Shown one piece after another: positions 1 through 9,547 of a stretch of 49,323 nucleotides of DNA. Numbering within the stretch: the first letter of the stretch is position 1; every line of letters starts with the position of its first letter. The stretch comes from an uncultured Gammaproteobacteria bacterium (GTDB taxonomy: Bacteria > Patescibacteriota > Patescibacteriia > UBA11705 > JABHMO01), in assembly GCA_964434235.1 (NCBI GenBank), contig CAYSUN010000003.1:1-49323 (forward strand). Direction: 5' to 3'. The notes under the pieces are model-generated. The model had not been told where the DNA came from, did no database searches, and saw only the letters and a program-made list of their open reading frames with translations. A program made the translations under genes and the position numbers.

Positions 1-3000
1 CAGGAAAAAGAGGATCGGAAACGACTTGAATACACTCATAAAAATCTCTTTCCAAAGCAATACAATCAACAATTTCTTGACAATATGAATAATTTGAACA
101 ATCCGCACTCGGCCCAGCTCCAGCCAATAAAGCACTTAACCCTGCTGTGTTAGCGTTAACAGAAGGTTGTGGAGCATAACCTAATTTAGCGCTATTTAAA
201 TAAGTTTCAAAAGAATAATAAGGCAAGATTGCACCGCCATCTTCATCTACTTGTCCAGTATCATTCATCAAAATACAACCATCTTTTCGACTAACCGCAT
301 TACAACTTGAAGTATCAATACTTTCATTATTTATATAATAGTAAGCCTTACCTGTTAGTTTATCTATTGCCCCAAGAGAACTATTAACTGGTGTTTGAAT
401 GTCAGTTGGATCCACAAAAGCTGTACACATATTTTCATTACTTGGACATAAACCTACCCAACCCTTATACGCAATATCTGAGGTTTTGATCATTTGATTT
501 GAACCATCATTGTAATAAGATTTTTCATCACAAGGAACCAAATTACCCTCATTGTCTTTGGCAAACCAACCATAAACTTTTTGTTGCCCAACTAAATTAC
601 TAGTATAACTACAAGTCTTATTACCTGGATTTTTGAAATACAAAGTTGAACCTTTACTATCTTTGTATTTTTCACAACCATTTTCTAAATTCGTACATAG
701 TGGTGAACTAATGTCCTCGTAAACATCAGGATCTAAACGATAAAAAACATTATTCCAATCTGTCTCTGGATTAGCTAAGTAATAATTACCAGTAGTAGAA
801 TTTACTGCTAAATTTGGCAAAGCCAAAGCTGTACAACCTTTTTGATTGCTAGCGCACTGTTTACTGGTATCATAAACCAAATACATTAACTGATCTGCCT
901 GAACATTATCTAAAGTAACTAAACATTTATTTTGAATACTATCCCAAGTATATTCACCTGGCACATACTGATCAAAATTATTACATAAAGCACTTAAAAG
1001 TAGATTCATTTGATCCTCAATATCTCCATTGGCCTTAACAATTTGAATGTAACAGCTATTAGTACCAGCTGAATACTTACCGGTAGTTGTTGAATTATTC
1101 AATTGTCCACCCAAGGTATTTAATGGATTACTTAAAAATATGTCCCAATTTTTACTGACTGTATCGCAAATAACATCTGAAGGCACAGTGTCTTGGTGTT
1201 GCTTAGCAAAAGGATAAGCACTGTTTTGGGTATTGATCATTGCTTGACAACCAATATTATTAGCTGAACATAAGCTAGAAAAACTCTTGAGATAATGTAT
1301 TGTGCCGTCTGTATCTCGATATTCTCGACAACCAAGCTGAGCTTGAGCTAAATAATTAGCTTGATCAGCTGTATCTGAATTTAATTTATAATTACAAGTA
1401 AGCGGAGTATTCCAAGTATTTTCAATCACATACTTATAATCATTGACCTTGGCTACCTTAAAATTATCTATATCAAACATCAATAAAGAATTAGCCTCTG
1501 CTATCTCAACGCCAACAGATCGACCAGAACCAAGACTTGAAGCCGGAATTCGGACATCATAGAATGTAAAATTTTTCTGTAATACTCCCTCAAAAATCAA
1601 TTCACCTTCTCCAAATCCAAGGTCATCAGTTTTTACATAAACCCTAAACTTTTTATCAACACTTATGTCACTTAATCCCTTAATCCAAAAAGAAAATGAA
1701 TAATCACCATCGTTTAAATTAGTTGTTTCTGGATTAGTATAAATCATTGACTCTGCATAACCACCACCACTAGCTACGCGCAGAAAAGGACCAAAATCAG
1801 GCGAAACACGAAACTCACCATTAGAATAAACTAAATTACCAATTGTTGCATCCAAAGTTTCTGGTTCAAAAGTATAATTAGCCACTATTTCTTCAACGCC
1901 AGATTGATTACCTTGATATTCCTTACAACCAGCATTAGCTGGAGCACAAGTTTGGCCTTCGTTTGGAATAGTCATGAAAATACATTCTCCACTTTGCCAA
2001 ATGCCCTGTCTTTCAATACACTCATCTGAAGTTGCGTACTTTATAGTTCTACGATATGGCAAACAATTCTCTGAACAAGAAATTGTTTTTGACATTATTC
2101 TAAAATATGAATTACCAGCTTCATCGAAAAATTGACGACAGTCTGGATTTCTTTTTTGTTCAAAAATTGAAGCACTACACTCATCTGAATATGAATCCAT
2201 AACTAACTTTGGTGCACCATTACCTTCTTTTTGCAAAGTATAAGCTTGTAACTGATAACCTGAGACATCATCACCTTCCCAAGTGTAATAATTTCCACAT
2301 AAATGAGCATCCTCCGGTAATTTTCGACACAATCTCATTTCCGTAAAGTATTCTTTGGATTCTCCGCCAGAAGCTAAAGCATCCAAATTTGTGAACTCTT
2401 CGCAACCAGCTTCAGCTGAATTACAAGATTGACCAGATTCTGGAATAAAGTACAAAGGAAAAATTTGATTTGCAAAAAAACTGGATTCTTGTTTATAAGA
2501 AGAATAACCACTACACTCTTGCGGACAGTAATCATTATAACCAGTTGTACCAAAAACAGTATTACCCTCCCCTGCTGGACTATAACCATCACAGCCAACT
2601 TCTTCGGCAGAGCATAACTTAGCAAAATCTGTACAACCTTTTATTGCTGGTGTACTAACCGCATCATCCAGCAAAGCAATATTTTCTTTTTCAGTTGGTC
2701 GGCCATAATAATCATCATCAACATCAAATTTACAAAAAATAGCAGGAGCACCATTATTGAATTCTTCCGTTAAACAATCAGCATTATCTTGACAAACAGT
2801 TCCATTGTTAATTGTGCCAAACTCATCGCCACAATAACCAACTCCGACATTATAACAAGACAAATATTCTGGTGCATTTTTTAAATATTTAACATTTTGA
2901 CTAGCATAATCATTATAAGCATGTCGAGCTTGAGAAGTTGGTAAATCCAATTCTTCTAACATGACTTCATCAAAATACGCAGCTGACTCAGCATTGATTA

Positions 3001-5443
3001 TAACTTTCATTCGTTCATAAGAATTTTCAATAAGCTCACCGTAATAAGTTTTTGGAGAGATTGCCACTACTTTAAACACATCTTGCCAACTTCCTAAATC
3101 AGCATTATCAGCGCTCACGTATTCATCCAAGACTCTCACATCATAATCATCTGAGTTTGGCTCAATCGCTAAATCAATACTAACATCACCAATGGCAGAT
3201 TTTTTAACTTTAACTGAAACAGCAAAATATCTTTCATTTGGATTTTGAACAACAGAGATCCAATCTGACTCCAACTCTTCTAAATTTCTTAAATTTAAGG
3301 AATAATCTCCACTTAATTTATCTTCATTATCTATAACATAAGGTCCGTGTAAGCTCCAACCTGGCACATTATAAATATTGCCATAAGTATAAACACCATC
3401 AAAAATTTCAAATCCACTATTTGGAACTAGGTTTGTGCCCAAGCCTGGTTTAGTTTGAACTAAACGAGTACAACCCTCAGCCTCTGGCGGACATTCATAA
3501 TTATTAATTTTTCCGTTTAAATAAATTCTTGAGTCAGCCAAATCTGACCAATCGAAACTATTGTTTGGATCTCGCCAAGAGCTGTACCACAAACAACCAA
3601 CATTGCTTTCATCACAATTTTTTTGATCAACTGTATTTAATAAAACACTAACTTTTTCTTTTTTTGAACTTTCCAAACTACGACAAGAATCATAAACACC
3701 AAGACAACTTTGACCACCAAATTTAAAAGTTCCACTTTCAGCTGCACAATAACCCCAGCCTTTACATGAACCATCTTCATTTTCTGAAATACAACTTGGC
3801 ATATCCACACAAACCTCTTGACGATCGCTAGCTCCTGAAGCTAACAAAACTGGCCCAGCAACTGAAGCTTGGCATTGAGTTTGAGGATTTTTTAAAACCC
3901 AATTTGGATCAATTAAATGGCAATATGGTCCTGGATTAGCAAGATCACAGTCATAAAAACCATTAATAACTTCCTGCAAAGAAACAGCTGGCCCACCTTC
4001 TAATTTTTCAGCTGCAATTTCCCAGCCAATCGGAATAATTCTGGCTTTTCGCATTTTTACCAAATTTGAATAACAATAACCTAATTGATAACAATTTGTT
4101 TGATCATTTTTAATATCGTTTGGACCAATAAAAGTCATTCCACCACTAATCAAACTTTGATCAATTGCTTCTTGTACAGTCAAGGACTTGCCCTGCATAG
4201 ACATTCGAACTGCTTCGGCAAAATCAGCATTCATAACACAATTATTAATCTGACGAATTTCACTATTCCCGTTAACTGGACAATTAACATACTCACTCAA
4301 TAAATCTATCTGCTTGGTCGCTACAGTAAAATTAATTTTGTTGGAAGCAAATTCTTTTTCTAATTGTTCACCAGTAGCATATGACTGACTGAGAGGATCA
4401 AAACTCTTTGGATCATTGGCAATACCTTTTTTGAAAATTTTATCCATTAAATAATCAGTCCACAATTTAGAAACAAAAGTATTTAAAAATGCGACTGGTA
4501 CTTGAAACGGAATTTCAGTTAAAACATCTTTGGCCATTGATATTTCTGTCTCTGGTGTTTTTTTAGCTTGTTCAATTTCCGAAGCAGTATGACTTCGCGT
4601 TAAAACTGCCGGAGTTTTTATATTTTTTCCAGTTACTCCACTAACACCCTTAAAGCCCTCATTTTCCTGTCTTTGTCTTAATTCAGCATCAACGTCTTCA
4701 TTTTGTTTATCAATCAAAGAACCTTCCATTGTTAAATATGAACCTATTTCTGATTTACTAGGCGAAAAACCAACATCAAAACTTTCTTGTAAATAGGCTA
4801 AACTTGTTCCGTATGGATCCTTGGCTTTATCCAAAACATCATAATACTTAGCAGAAACTGCGTTACCAAAAGCCTCCCAATTACCTTTTAAATCGTTCAA
4901 AGTACAATCCATTGGAGCAACTTCATCATAACCAAGATCTAGATAAGTAAACTGTAACCCTAACTTAAACTTTAATTCTAAATCTACACTAGGATGACAA
5001 ATATCTACCCCAAAAAGATCATTCATATTACCAACAAATTCATTAACTAATCCATCTTGAATATTTTGGGTAAATTCACCAATAGCTTGATCGTAAAACA
5101 TTGGTTGTTCTCCCCAGTTTCCGGTTGAGATATAAGTTACTGTTTGTTCTGCAGCTGTCTGAGCCATGCGAATTAAAGTATTTTTCAAAGTAACAGATAC
5201 AGTCAAAATCATACCCTTAAAAATCTTATCCTTCAGTTCTTCTTTTGTTTTTGAAGCTACAGTTGCAATTGCATCCTTCACTTGTAAAGCAACACGCTGA
5301 GGCAAAGCAGCAGGATCAACACTAACTTGAGCTTGAGCTTCACTCGGAAACAAAAAAGCTATAGCTGATATTTGAAAAACAAATACAAAAGCAACCAAAC
5401 TAAGAATTATATTTTGGGTCTTTTTTTGGGGAGAAAAAATCAT
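1..5443 (-). CDS. Giant secreted/membrane-anchored Cys-rich protein, >1814 aa, 3' end outside the window (not in ORF track)
   Basis: Manual translation from ATG at 5443: MIFSPQKKTQNIILSLVAFVFVFQISAIAFLFPSEAQAQ (signal-peptide-like, AQA). The same frame reads as protein at spot checks (3616 CDESNVGCLWY, 3493 CPPEAEGCTRL, 2614 CSAEEVGCDGY, 1948 CAPANAGCKEY) and at the edge (...CIALERDFYECIQVVSDPLFP). NLVPNSGFE...YFDEVMLEE resembles a CBM4/9-type jelly roll. Not every codon was checked. Confidence 0.88.
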   Translation of the reverse strand, partial: MIFSPQKKTQNIILSLVAFVFVFQISAIAFLFPSEAQAQVSVDPAALPQRVALQVKDAIATVASKTKEELKDKIFKGMILTVSVTLKNTLIRMAQTAAEQTVTYISTGNWGEQPMFYDQAIGEFTQNIQDGLVNEFVGNMNDLFGVDICHPSVDLELKFKLGLQFTYLDLGYDEVAPMDCTLNDLKGNWEAFGNAVSAKYYDVLDKAKDPYGTSLAYLQESFDVGFSPSKSEIGSYLTMEGSLIDKQNEDVDAELRQRQENEGFKGVSGVTGKNIKTPAVLTRSHTASEIEQAKKTPETEISMAKDVLTEIPFQVPVAFLNTFVSKLWTDYLMDKIFKKGIANDPKSFDPLSQSYATGEQLEKEFASNKINFTVATKQIDLLSEYVNCPVNGNSEIRQINNCVMNADFAEAVRMSMQGKSLTVQEAIDQSLISGGMTFIGPNDIKNDQTNCYQLGYCYSNLVKMRKARIIPIGWEIAAEKLEGGPAVSLQEVINGFYDCDLANPGPYCHLIDPNWVLKNPQTQCQASVAGPVLLASGASDRQEVCVDMPSCISENEDGSCKGWGYCAAESGTFKFGGQSCLGVYDSCRSLESSKKEKVSVLLNTVDQKNCDESNVGCLWYSSWRDPNNSFDWSDLADSRIYLNGKINNYECPPEAEGCTRLVQTKPGLGTNLVPNSGFEIFDGVYTYGNIYNVPGWSLHGPYVIDNEDKLSGDYSLNLRNLEELESDWISVVQNPNERYFAVSVKVKKSAIGDVSIDLAIEPNSDDYDVRVLDEYVSADNADLGSWQDVFKVVAISPKTYYGELIENSYERMKVIINAESAAYFDEVMLEELDLPTSQARHAYNDYASQNVKYLKNAPEYLSCYNVGVGYCGDEFGTINNGTVCQDNADCLTEEFNNGAPAIFCKFDVDDDYYGRPTEKENIALLDDAVSTPAIKGCTDFAKLCSAEEVGCDGYSPAGEGNTVFGTTGYNDYCPQECSGYSSYKQESSFFANQIFPLYFIPESGQSCNSAEAGCEEFTNLDALASGGESKEYFTEMRLCRKLPEDAHLCGNYYTWEGDDVSGYQLQAYTLQKEGNGAPKLVMDSYSDECSASIFEQKRNPDCRQFFDEAGNSYFRIMSKTISCSENCLPYRRTIKYATSDECIERQGIWQSGECIFMTIPNEGQTCAPANAGCKEYQGNQSGVEEIVANYTFEPETLDATIGNLVYSNGEFRVSPDFGPFLRVASGGGYAESMIYTNPETTNLNDGDYSFSFWIKGLSDISVDKKFRVYVKTDDLGFGEGELIFEGVLQKNFTFYDVRIPASSLGSGRSVGVEIAEANSLLMFDIDNFKVAKVNDYKYVIENTWNTPLTCNYKLNSDTADQANYLAQAQLGCREYRDTDGTIHYLKSFSSLCSANNIGCQAMINTQNSAYPFAKQHQDTVPSDVICDTVSKNWDIFLSNPLNTLGGQLNNSTTTGKYSAGTNSCYIQIVKANGDIEDQMNLLLSALCNNFDQYVPGEYTWDSIQNKCLVTLDNVQADQLMYLVYDTSKQCASNQKGCTALALPNLAVNSTTGNYYLANPETDWNNVFYRLDPDVYEDISSPLCTNLENGCEKYKDSKGSTLYFKNPGNKTCSYTSNLVGQQKVYGWFAKDNEGNLVPCDEKSYYNDGSNQMIKTSDIAYKGWVGLCPSNENMCTAFVDPTDIQTPVNSSLGAIDKLTGKAYYYINNESIDTSSCNAVSRKDGCILMNDTGQVDEDGGAILPYYSFETYLNSAKLGYAPQPSVNANTAGLSALLAGAGPSADCSNYSYCQEIVDCIALERDFYECIQVVSDPLFP

Positions 5444-5492
5444 ATTTAATTATATATACCACCACCAATGTTGGTAGTAAATTATTTTTATT

Positions 5493-6443
5493 TTAATTAT
5501 TCAAAGTTGTTTGACTAGCCTCATCTACTGCTTCGTAATATATTTCCATCAAAGTTTGATCATCAAGGGCATTTAACTCTGTACCTGAAAAACCTTGTTC
5601 AATCATAATTGCCCTAACTTGACTTGGCGTAAGAGTTGTCAAGGTATTCAAAGTTTGGCCAACATTACTTGATTCTAAATCGGTAATAGAAACTGGCTCA
5701 GTAGATCCTGCCGTGGATCCTGAAATATAATTTAACATTTGTTCTTTGATGTCTGGATTTTCTTCAAGCATTGTCTCATACATTTGCATTAAAGAAGCAT
5801 CACTAATTCCTTGGACTTGCGCTTCAGTTGCCTGACCACTAGCCACAATCATTTTTCGTAAATCTGAAGCAGAAACCTCAGTAACAGTGGCATTCACCGT
5901 TCCGTTACTAGAAACTGCCACTTCCTCACCAGCATCGTCATATGTGGTATAACAATCATATCCTTCTGGACATAATGGATCTGTGTAATTTTTTATTTCT
6001 ACACCATCATCAATTCCGTCACTATCAGAATCAGCCAAATATACACTCGTGTCATAAACATAAAGTTCATCAAAATCATTTACCCCATCGCCATCAGTAT
6101 CTTTGGTTTTTAGAATTTCTGGATCTTGTTCTAATAATCTTTTTTGTTCTGCCAAAATAGCATCATAAGCAGAAGTATCACCAGTATACTTATCTTCATC
6201 AGGAAAAGGAATTCTAAACATACTACTTATTTGTACAGCGCCCAAAACAACTACTAATAAAGTAACTAAACCAACTGTGACAATAGCAATGTTTTGTCTT
6301 TTTTTGAATTGATGATAACTAAAATAATTTTCGTGTTTCACTTCAGTTTTGTCCAAAATTTTACTTAGTTTTTCAGCATTGACATTTTGGTCAAAATCAT
6401 CATCAAATTTTTCCTCAAAATTCACATTATTTTCATTTGGCAT
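5493..6443 (-). CDS. Single-TM protein with DxDxDG (bacterial TSP3-like) Ca-binding repeats
   Basis: TM segment IAIVTVGLVTLLVVVLGAV; DTDGDGVNDFDE and DSDSDGIDDGVE...TDPLCP; repeated helical C-terminal unit (LRKMIVASG.../VRAIMIEQG...). Confidence 0.8.
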   Translation of the reverse strand: MPNENNVNFEEKFDDDFDQNVNAEKLSKILDKTEVKHENYFSYHQFKKRQNIAIVTVGLVTLLVVVLGAVQISSMFRIPFPDEDKYTGDTSAYDAILAEQKRLLEQDPEILKTKDTDGDGVNDFDELYVYDTSVYLADSDSDGIDDGVEIKNYTDPLCPEGYDCYTTYDDAGEEVAVSSNGTVNATVTEVSASDLRKMIVASGQATEAQVQGISDASLMQMYETMLEENPDIKEQMLNYISGSTAGSTEPVSITDLESSNVGQTLNTLTTLTPSQVRAIMIEQGFSGTELNALDDQTLMEIYYEAVDEASQTTLNN

Positions 6444-6537
6444 ATTCTAAAAATCAAACAAGCAATCGTTATGATTTAACTTGCTTAAATTTAGTATTTT
6501 TACATTATTAATTATAACACAAATCACCTTCTTACCC

Positions 6538-6571
6538 AAAACAAAAGTGGATAAATATCCACTTTTGTTTT
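6538..6571 (-). terminator. Intrinsic terminator-like hairpin after rsmA
   Basis: Perfect inverted repeat aaaacaaaagtggata-aa-tatccacttttgtttt, 30 bp past the rsmA stop. Confidence 0.7.
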
Positions 6572-6600
6572 TATTAAAATTTACTAAAAAAATCAATTAC

Positions 6601-7419
6601 CTAAACAGACTCAAATAATAATTCAGTCAAAGCTACCCACTGCTCCAAAGATAGCTCCTCAGCCCTAATCTTTTCATTCAAACTAAGCTTATTTAAGCTT
6701 TGTTTCACCTTATCAGAACCAAACGACTTGAGATTGTTTAACAACATTTTTCGTTTAGAAGAAAAACCCATTTTAATAATTTTAAACAATTTGGCCGGTT
6801 CAATATCAAATTTAGGTTTAATATTTTTTAACTCTAAAATGACACTTTCAACCTTGGGTACGGGGAAAAAACAAGTTGGACTTACTTTAAACAAAATTTT
6901 AGGATCAGCGTAGAAATTAACACTTAAGCTAAGTATGCTGTTTTGTTTAGAGTTAGGTAACATTCTTTCAGCCACTTCTTTTTGCAACATTAAAATCATA
7001 CTCTGAGGTGCAAACTCTTGTTCTAAAAATTTTCGCAAAAAAGCGCTAGAAATGTTATATGGCAAATTAGCCACTATTCTATATTTTTTACTAGAAAAAA
7101 AAGATTTTATTTGTTCTTCATTTAACTTTAAAACATCAGCGTGAATTATTTCTGTATTTTGAAAATTTTGACTTTCTAAATAATCAAATAGTTTATTATC
7201 TTTTTCAACGGCCACTACCTTTTTGGCTAATTTATCAAGTTGCTCAGTTAAAGCCCCAAACCCTGGGCCAACCTCGAGCACTAACTCCCCCTTTTTAACA
7301 TCAGCTGATTTTATTATTTTATTCAAAATATTTTTATCAACTAAAAAATTCTGCCCACGAAGTTTACTCGGATTCACGCCCAATTCTTCTAATTTTGGTA
7401 AAAATTCACTTATATTCAT
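6601..7419 (-). CDS. rsmA: 16S rRNA adenine dimethyltransferase RsmA/KsgA
   Basis: GQNFL, VLEVGPGFGALT, VANLPYNIS, MLQKEVAER, FFPVPKVES and KRKML motifs. ATG at 7419 preferred over 7464 because it avoids overlap with the upstream gene. Confidence 0.95.
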   Translation of the reverse strand: MNISEFLPKLEELGVNPSKLRGQNFLVDKNILNKIIKSADVKKGELVLEVGPGFGALTEQLDKLAKKVVAVEKDNKLFDYLESQNFQNTEIIHADVLKLNEEQIKSFFSSKKYRIVANLPYNISSAFLRKFLEQEFAPQSMILMLQKEVAERMLPNSKQNSILSLSVNFYADPKILFKVSPTCFFPVPKVESVILELKNIKPKFDIEPAKLFKIIKMGFSSKRKMLLNNLKSFGSDKVKQSLNKLSLNEKIRAEELSLEQWVALTELLFESV

Positions 7420-7423
7420 AAAT

Positions 7424-8359
7424 TTAATTATTTTTTTCCTGAAACCACTCAATAGTTTTTTCAATCCCTTTTTCTAAAATAGTTTCTGGTTGCCAAGCTA
7501 ATTCTTTATTTATTTTTTTGTAACTTAAACAACTGACTCTCTGCCCAGTGAATGCATCCTGATGCCGAGCTTCAACTGAAGAATTAAGCGCCAAGCGAAT
7601 GTAATTGAAAATTTCATTAACTGTTGTTTGAAAACCTGTACCAACATTATAAGTATTAGACTCTTGGCTACGCAAACAAGCCATATTAGCCCTAACAACA
7701 TCTCTCACATAAACATAATCTCTAGTTTGATGGCCATCTCCATGAATAATTGGACTCATTTTTTGTAATAATTTTTCGATAAAAATTGAAATCACACCAG
7801 CTTCACCTTTGGGATTTTGCCTTGGCCCATAAACATTAGCATAACGCATAATGCCATATTCTAAACCAAACTGTAAATGATAAAATTTAATATACTTTTC
7901 AATGCTAAGTTTAGCAATTCCATAAGGTGACAATGGTTCTGTGGCGTAAGTTTCTGGTGTTGGAGTAACTTCTGCTTCACCATAAAGCGCCCCACCAGTT
8001 GAAGAAAATATAATTTTTTTAACTTTATATTGAACGCAAAGCTCTAATAAACCCAACGTTCCGATTATATTTACATCCGCATCAAATACAGGATCATCAA
8101 CTGAACGATTAACATTTATTTGAGCGGCAAAATGAAAAACAAAGTCTGGTCGTTCTTTGGCAAACAGTTGATCCAGCTTTTCTTCTTCCCGAATATCGAA
8201 CTGATATAAAGTTGCTTTTTCATTTACATTATTAACTGAACCTGAAGACAAATCATCAACGACAATAACCTTATAGCCTTCATTAATAAGAAAATCTACT
8301 TGGTGTGAACCAATAAAGCCAGCTCCACCTGTTACTAAAACTTTGCCTTTGTTAAACAT
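7424..8359 (-). CDS. NAD-dependent epimerase/dehydratase (UDP-glucose 4-epimerase-like)
   Basis: VLVTGGAGFIGSH, FSSTGGALYG, YGIAK (YxxxK), RYANVYGPRQ, GDGHQTRDYVYV. Confidence 0.92.
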   Translation of the reverse strand: MFNKGKVLVTGGAGFIGSHQVDFLINEGYKVIVVDDLSSGSVNNVNEKATLYQFDIREEEKLDQLFAKERPDFVFHFAAQINVNRSVDDPVFDADVNIIGTLGLLELCVQYKVKKIIFSSTGGALYGEAEVTPTPETYATEPLSPYGIAKLSIEKYIKFYHLQFGLEYGIMRYANVYGPRQNPKGEAGVISIFIEKLLQKMSPIIHGDGHQTRDYVYVRDVVRANMACLRSQESNTYNVGTGFQTTVNEIFNYIRLALNSSVEARHQDAFTGQRVSCLSYKKINKELAWQPETILEKGIEKTIEWFQEKNN

Positions 8360-8374
8360 AAATTATACATGTTA

Positions 8375-8450
8375 TACTGCACGCCTTTAGGCTGTGCAAG
8401 AATACTACTTAAGAAACCACTTCAACGCACCCTAAAGGAATGCGGTAAGA
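8375..8450. repeat. Inverted pair of REP-like palindromes (REPIN-like)
   Basis: tactgcacgcctttaggctgtgca ... cgcaccctaaaggaatgcggtaaga; 8432-8450 matches 40597-40615 at 18 of 19 nt. Confidence 0.55.
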
Positions 8451-8453
8451 ACT

Positions 8454-9545
8454 TTATAGCTGAAGATAATCAAGAATTAATTCACTCTCAACTTCATTAG
8501 CTGGTCGTGGCTGAGCATAGTCACCAATTATCACTGGATAATATTCAACTTCTTGTACACCTTGATAATTGATTCGCAATTTAACTGCTAATCCTTGTCT
8601 AGTATCAATTGACCACATCTGATCAAAAACAAAATTACCTAAACTATAAAAAATATATTTATCTTTATACTTTTCAACTTCTTGAACTACGTGAGGATGA
8701 TGACCAATCACTAAATCAGCGCCTTGATCAATGGCTAAATGAGCAAACTTTTGCTGATGCACTCCACTCACATGATTATACTCTACCCCATCATGCATAG
8801 TAACAATTAAAAAATCAACTTGCGGACGAGCTCTCTGAATATCACCAACTAACTGACTTTCTTTCATAAGAGCTATGCCTGGGTCTGAGTCAGCTTCATC
8901 ATATTCTGCACCATAAGAATATCCAAGAAAACCAACTTTGTAGCCATTCACTTCTTTGACTACGAGTTGATTAGCAAGTTCGTCGTAATTTTTAGCAGCT
9001 CCAACATAATCTATAAAATATTTTTTTAAATAATCAAATGTTGATTGCAAACCAGCTGACCCTTTATTCAAACTATGATTATTTGCTAAAGTCATCACAT
9101 CAAAACCCGCCCAATCCAAAGACTCCGCAACTTCAGGATCAGCCCGAAAAACAAACGAACCAGTAACAACTGGTTGTCCAGCAATAATCGGACTTTCTAA
9201 ATTACCAAAAGTTATATCAGATGATTGTAAAAAATCTTGAACTTTTAAAAAAGGATAATGATAATCATTGTATTCAACCATTTTTTGTCCAACCATTCTT
9301 GAAAGCATTACATCACCAACCGCAATAAGCGTAAAACCATTTTCTTTTACTTCTTCAGCTTTTTGAGCTAAATTTTCATCAGCAATTTTTTGTTGTTGTT
9401 CTTGCCAAGATCCAAATTTAACAAAATCTTTTGTTTGCAATTGCACAACTTCTTGATCAGCTGGCTGACTTTGACCTAAAAAACCAAAATACCAAATACT
9501 TAAAAATACGACTAACGCCACTCCAATAATTATAATTTTTTTCAT
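8454..9545 (-). CDS. CapA-family metallophosphoesterase-fold protein with N-terminal membrane anchor
   Basis: AVGDVML, FGNLESP, LANNHSL, DLVIGHHPHVVQ, YSLGNFVFDQ. Confidence 0.92.
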   Translation of the reverse strand: MKKIIIIGVALVVFLSIWYFGFLGQSQPADQEVVQLQTKDFVKFGSWQEQQQKIADENLAQKAEEVKENGFTLIAVGDVMLSRMVGQKMVEYNDYHYPFLKVQDFLQSSDITFGNLESPIIAGQPVVTGSFVFRADPEVAESLDWAGFDVMTLANNHSLNKGSAGLQSTFDYLKKYFIDYVGAAKNYDELANQLVVKEVNGYKVGFLGYSYGAEYDEADSDPGIALMKESQLVGDIQRARPQVDFLIVTMHDGVEYNHVSGVHQQKFAHLAIDQGADLVIGHHPHVVQEVEKYKDKYIFYSLGNFVFDQMWSIDTRQGLAVKLRINYQGVQEVEYYPVIIGDYAQPRPANEVESELILDYLQL

Positions 9546-9547
9546 AA

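Noticed and set aside
2374-4303. Short ORFs 2374..2625, 2429..2617 and 4085..4303
   Set aside because: They are off-frame or antisense shadows inside the giant 1..5443 gene.
6546-6554. DnaA-like box
   Set aside because: It is part of the terminator-like palindrome after rsmA.
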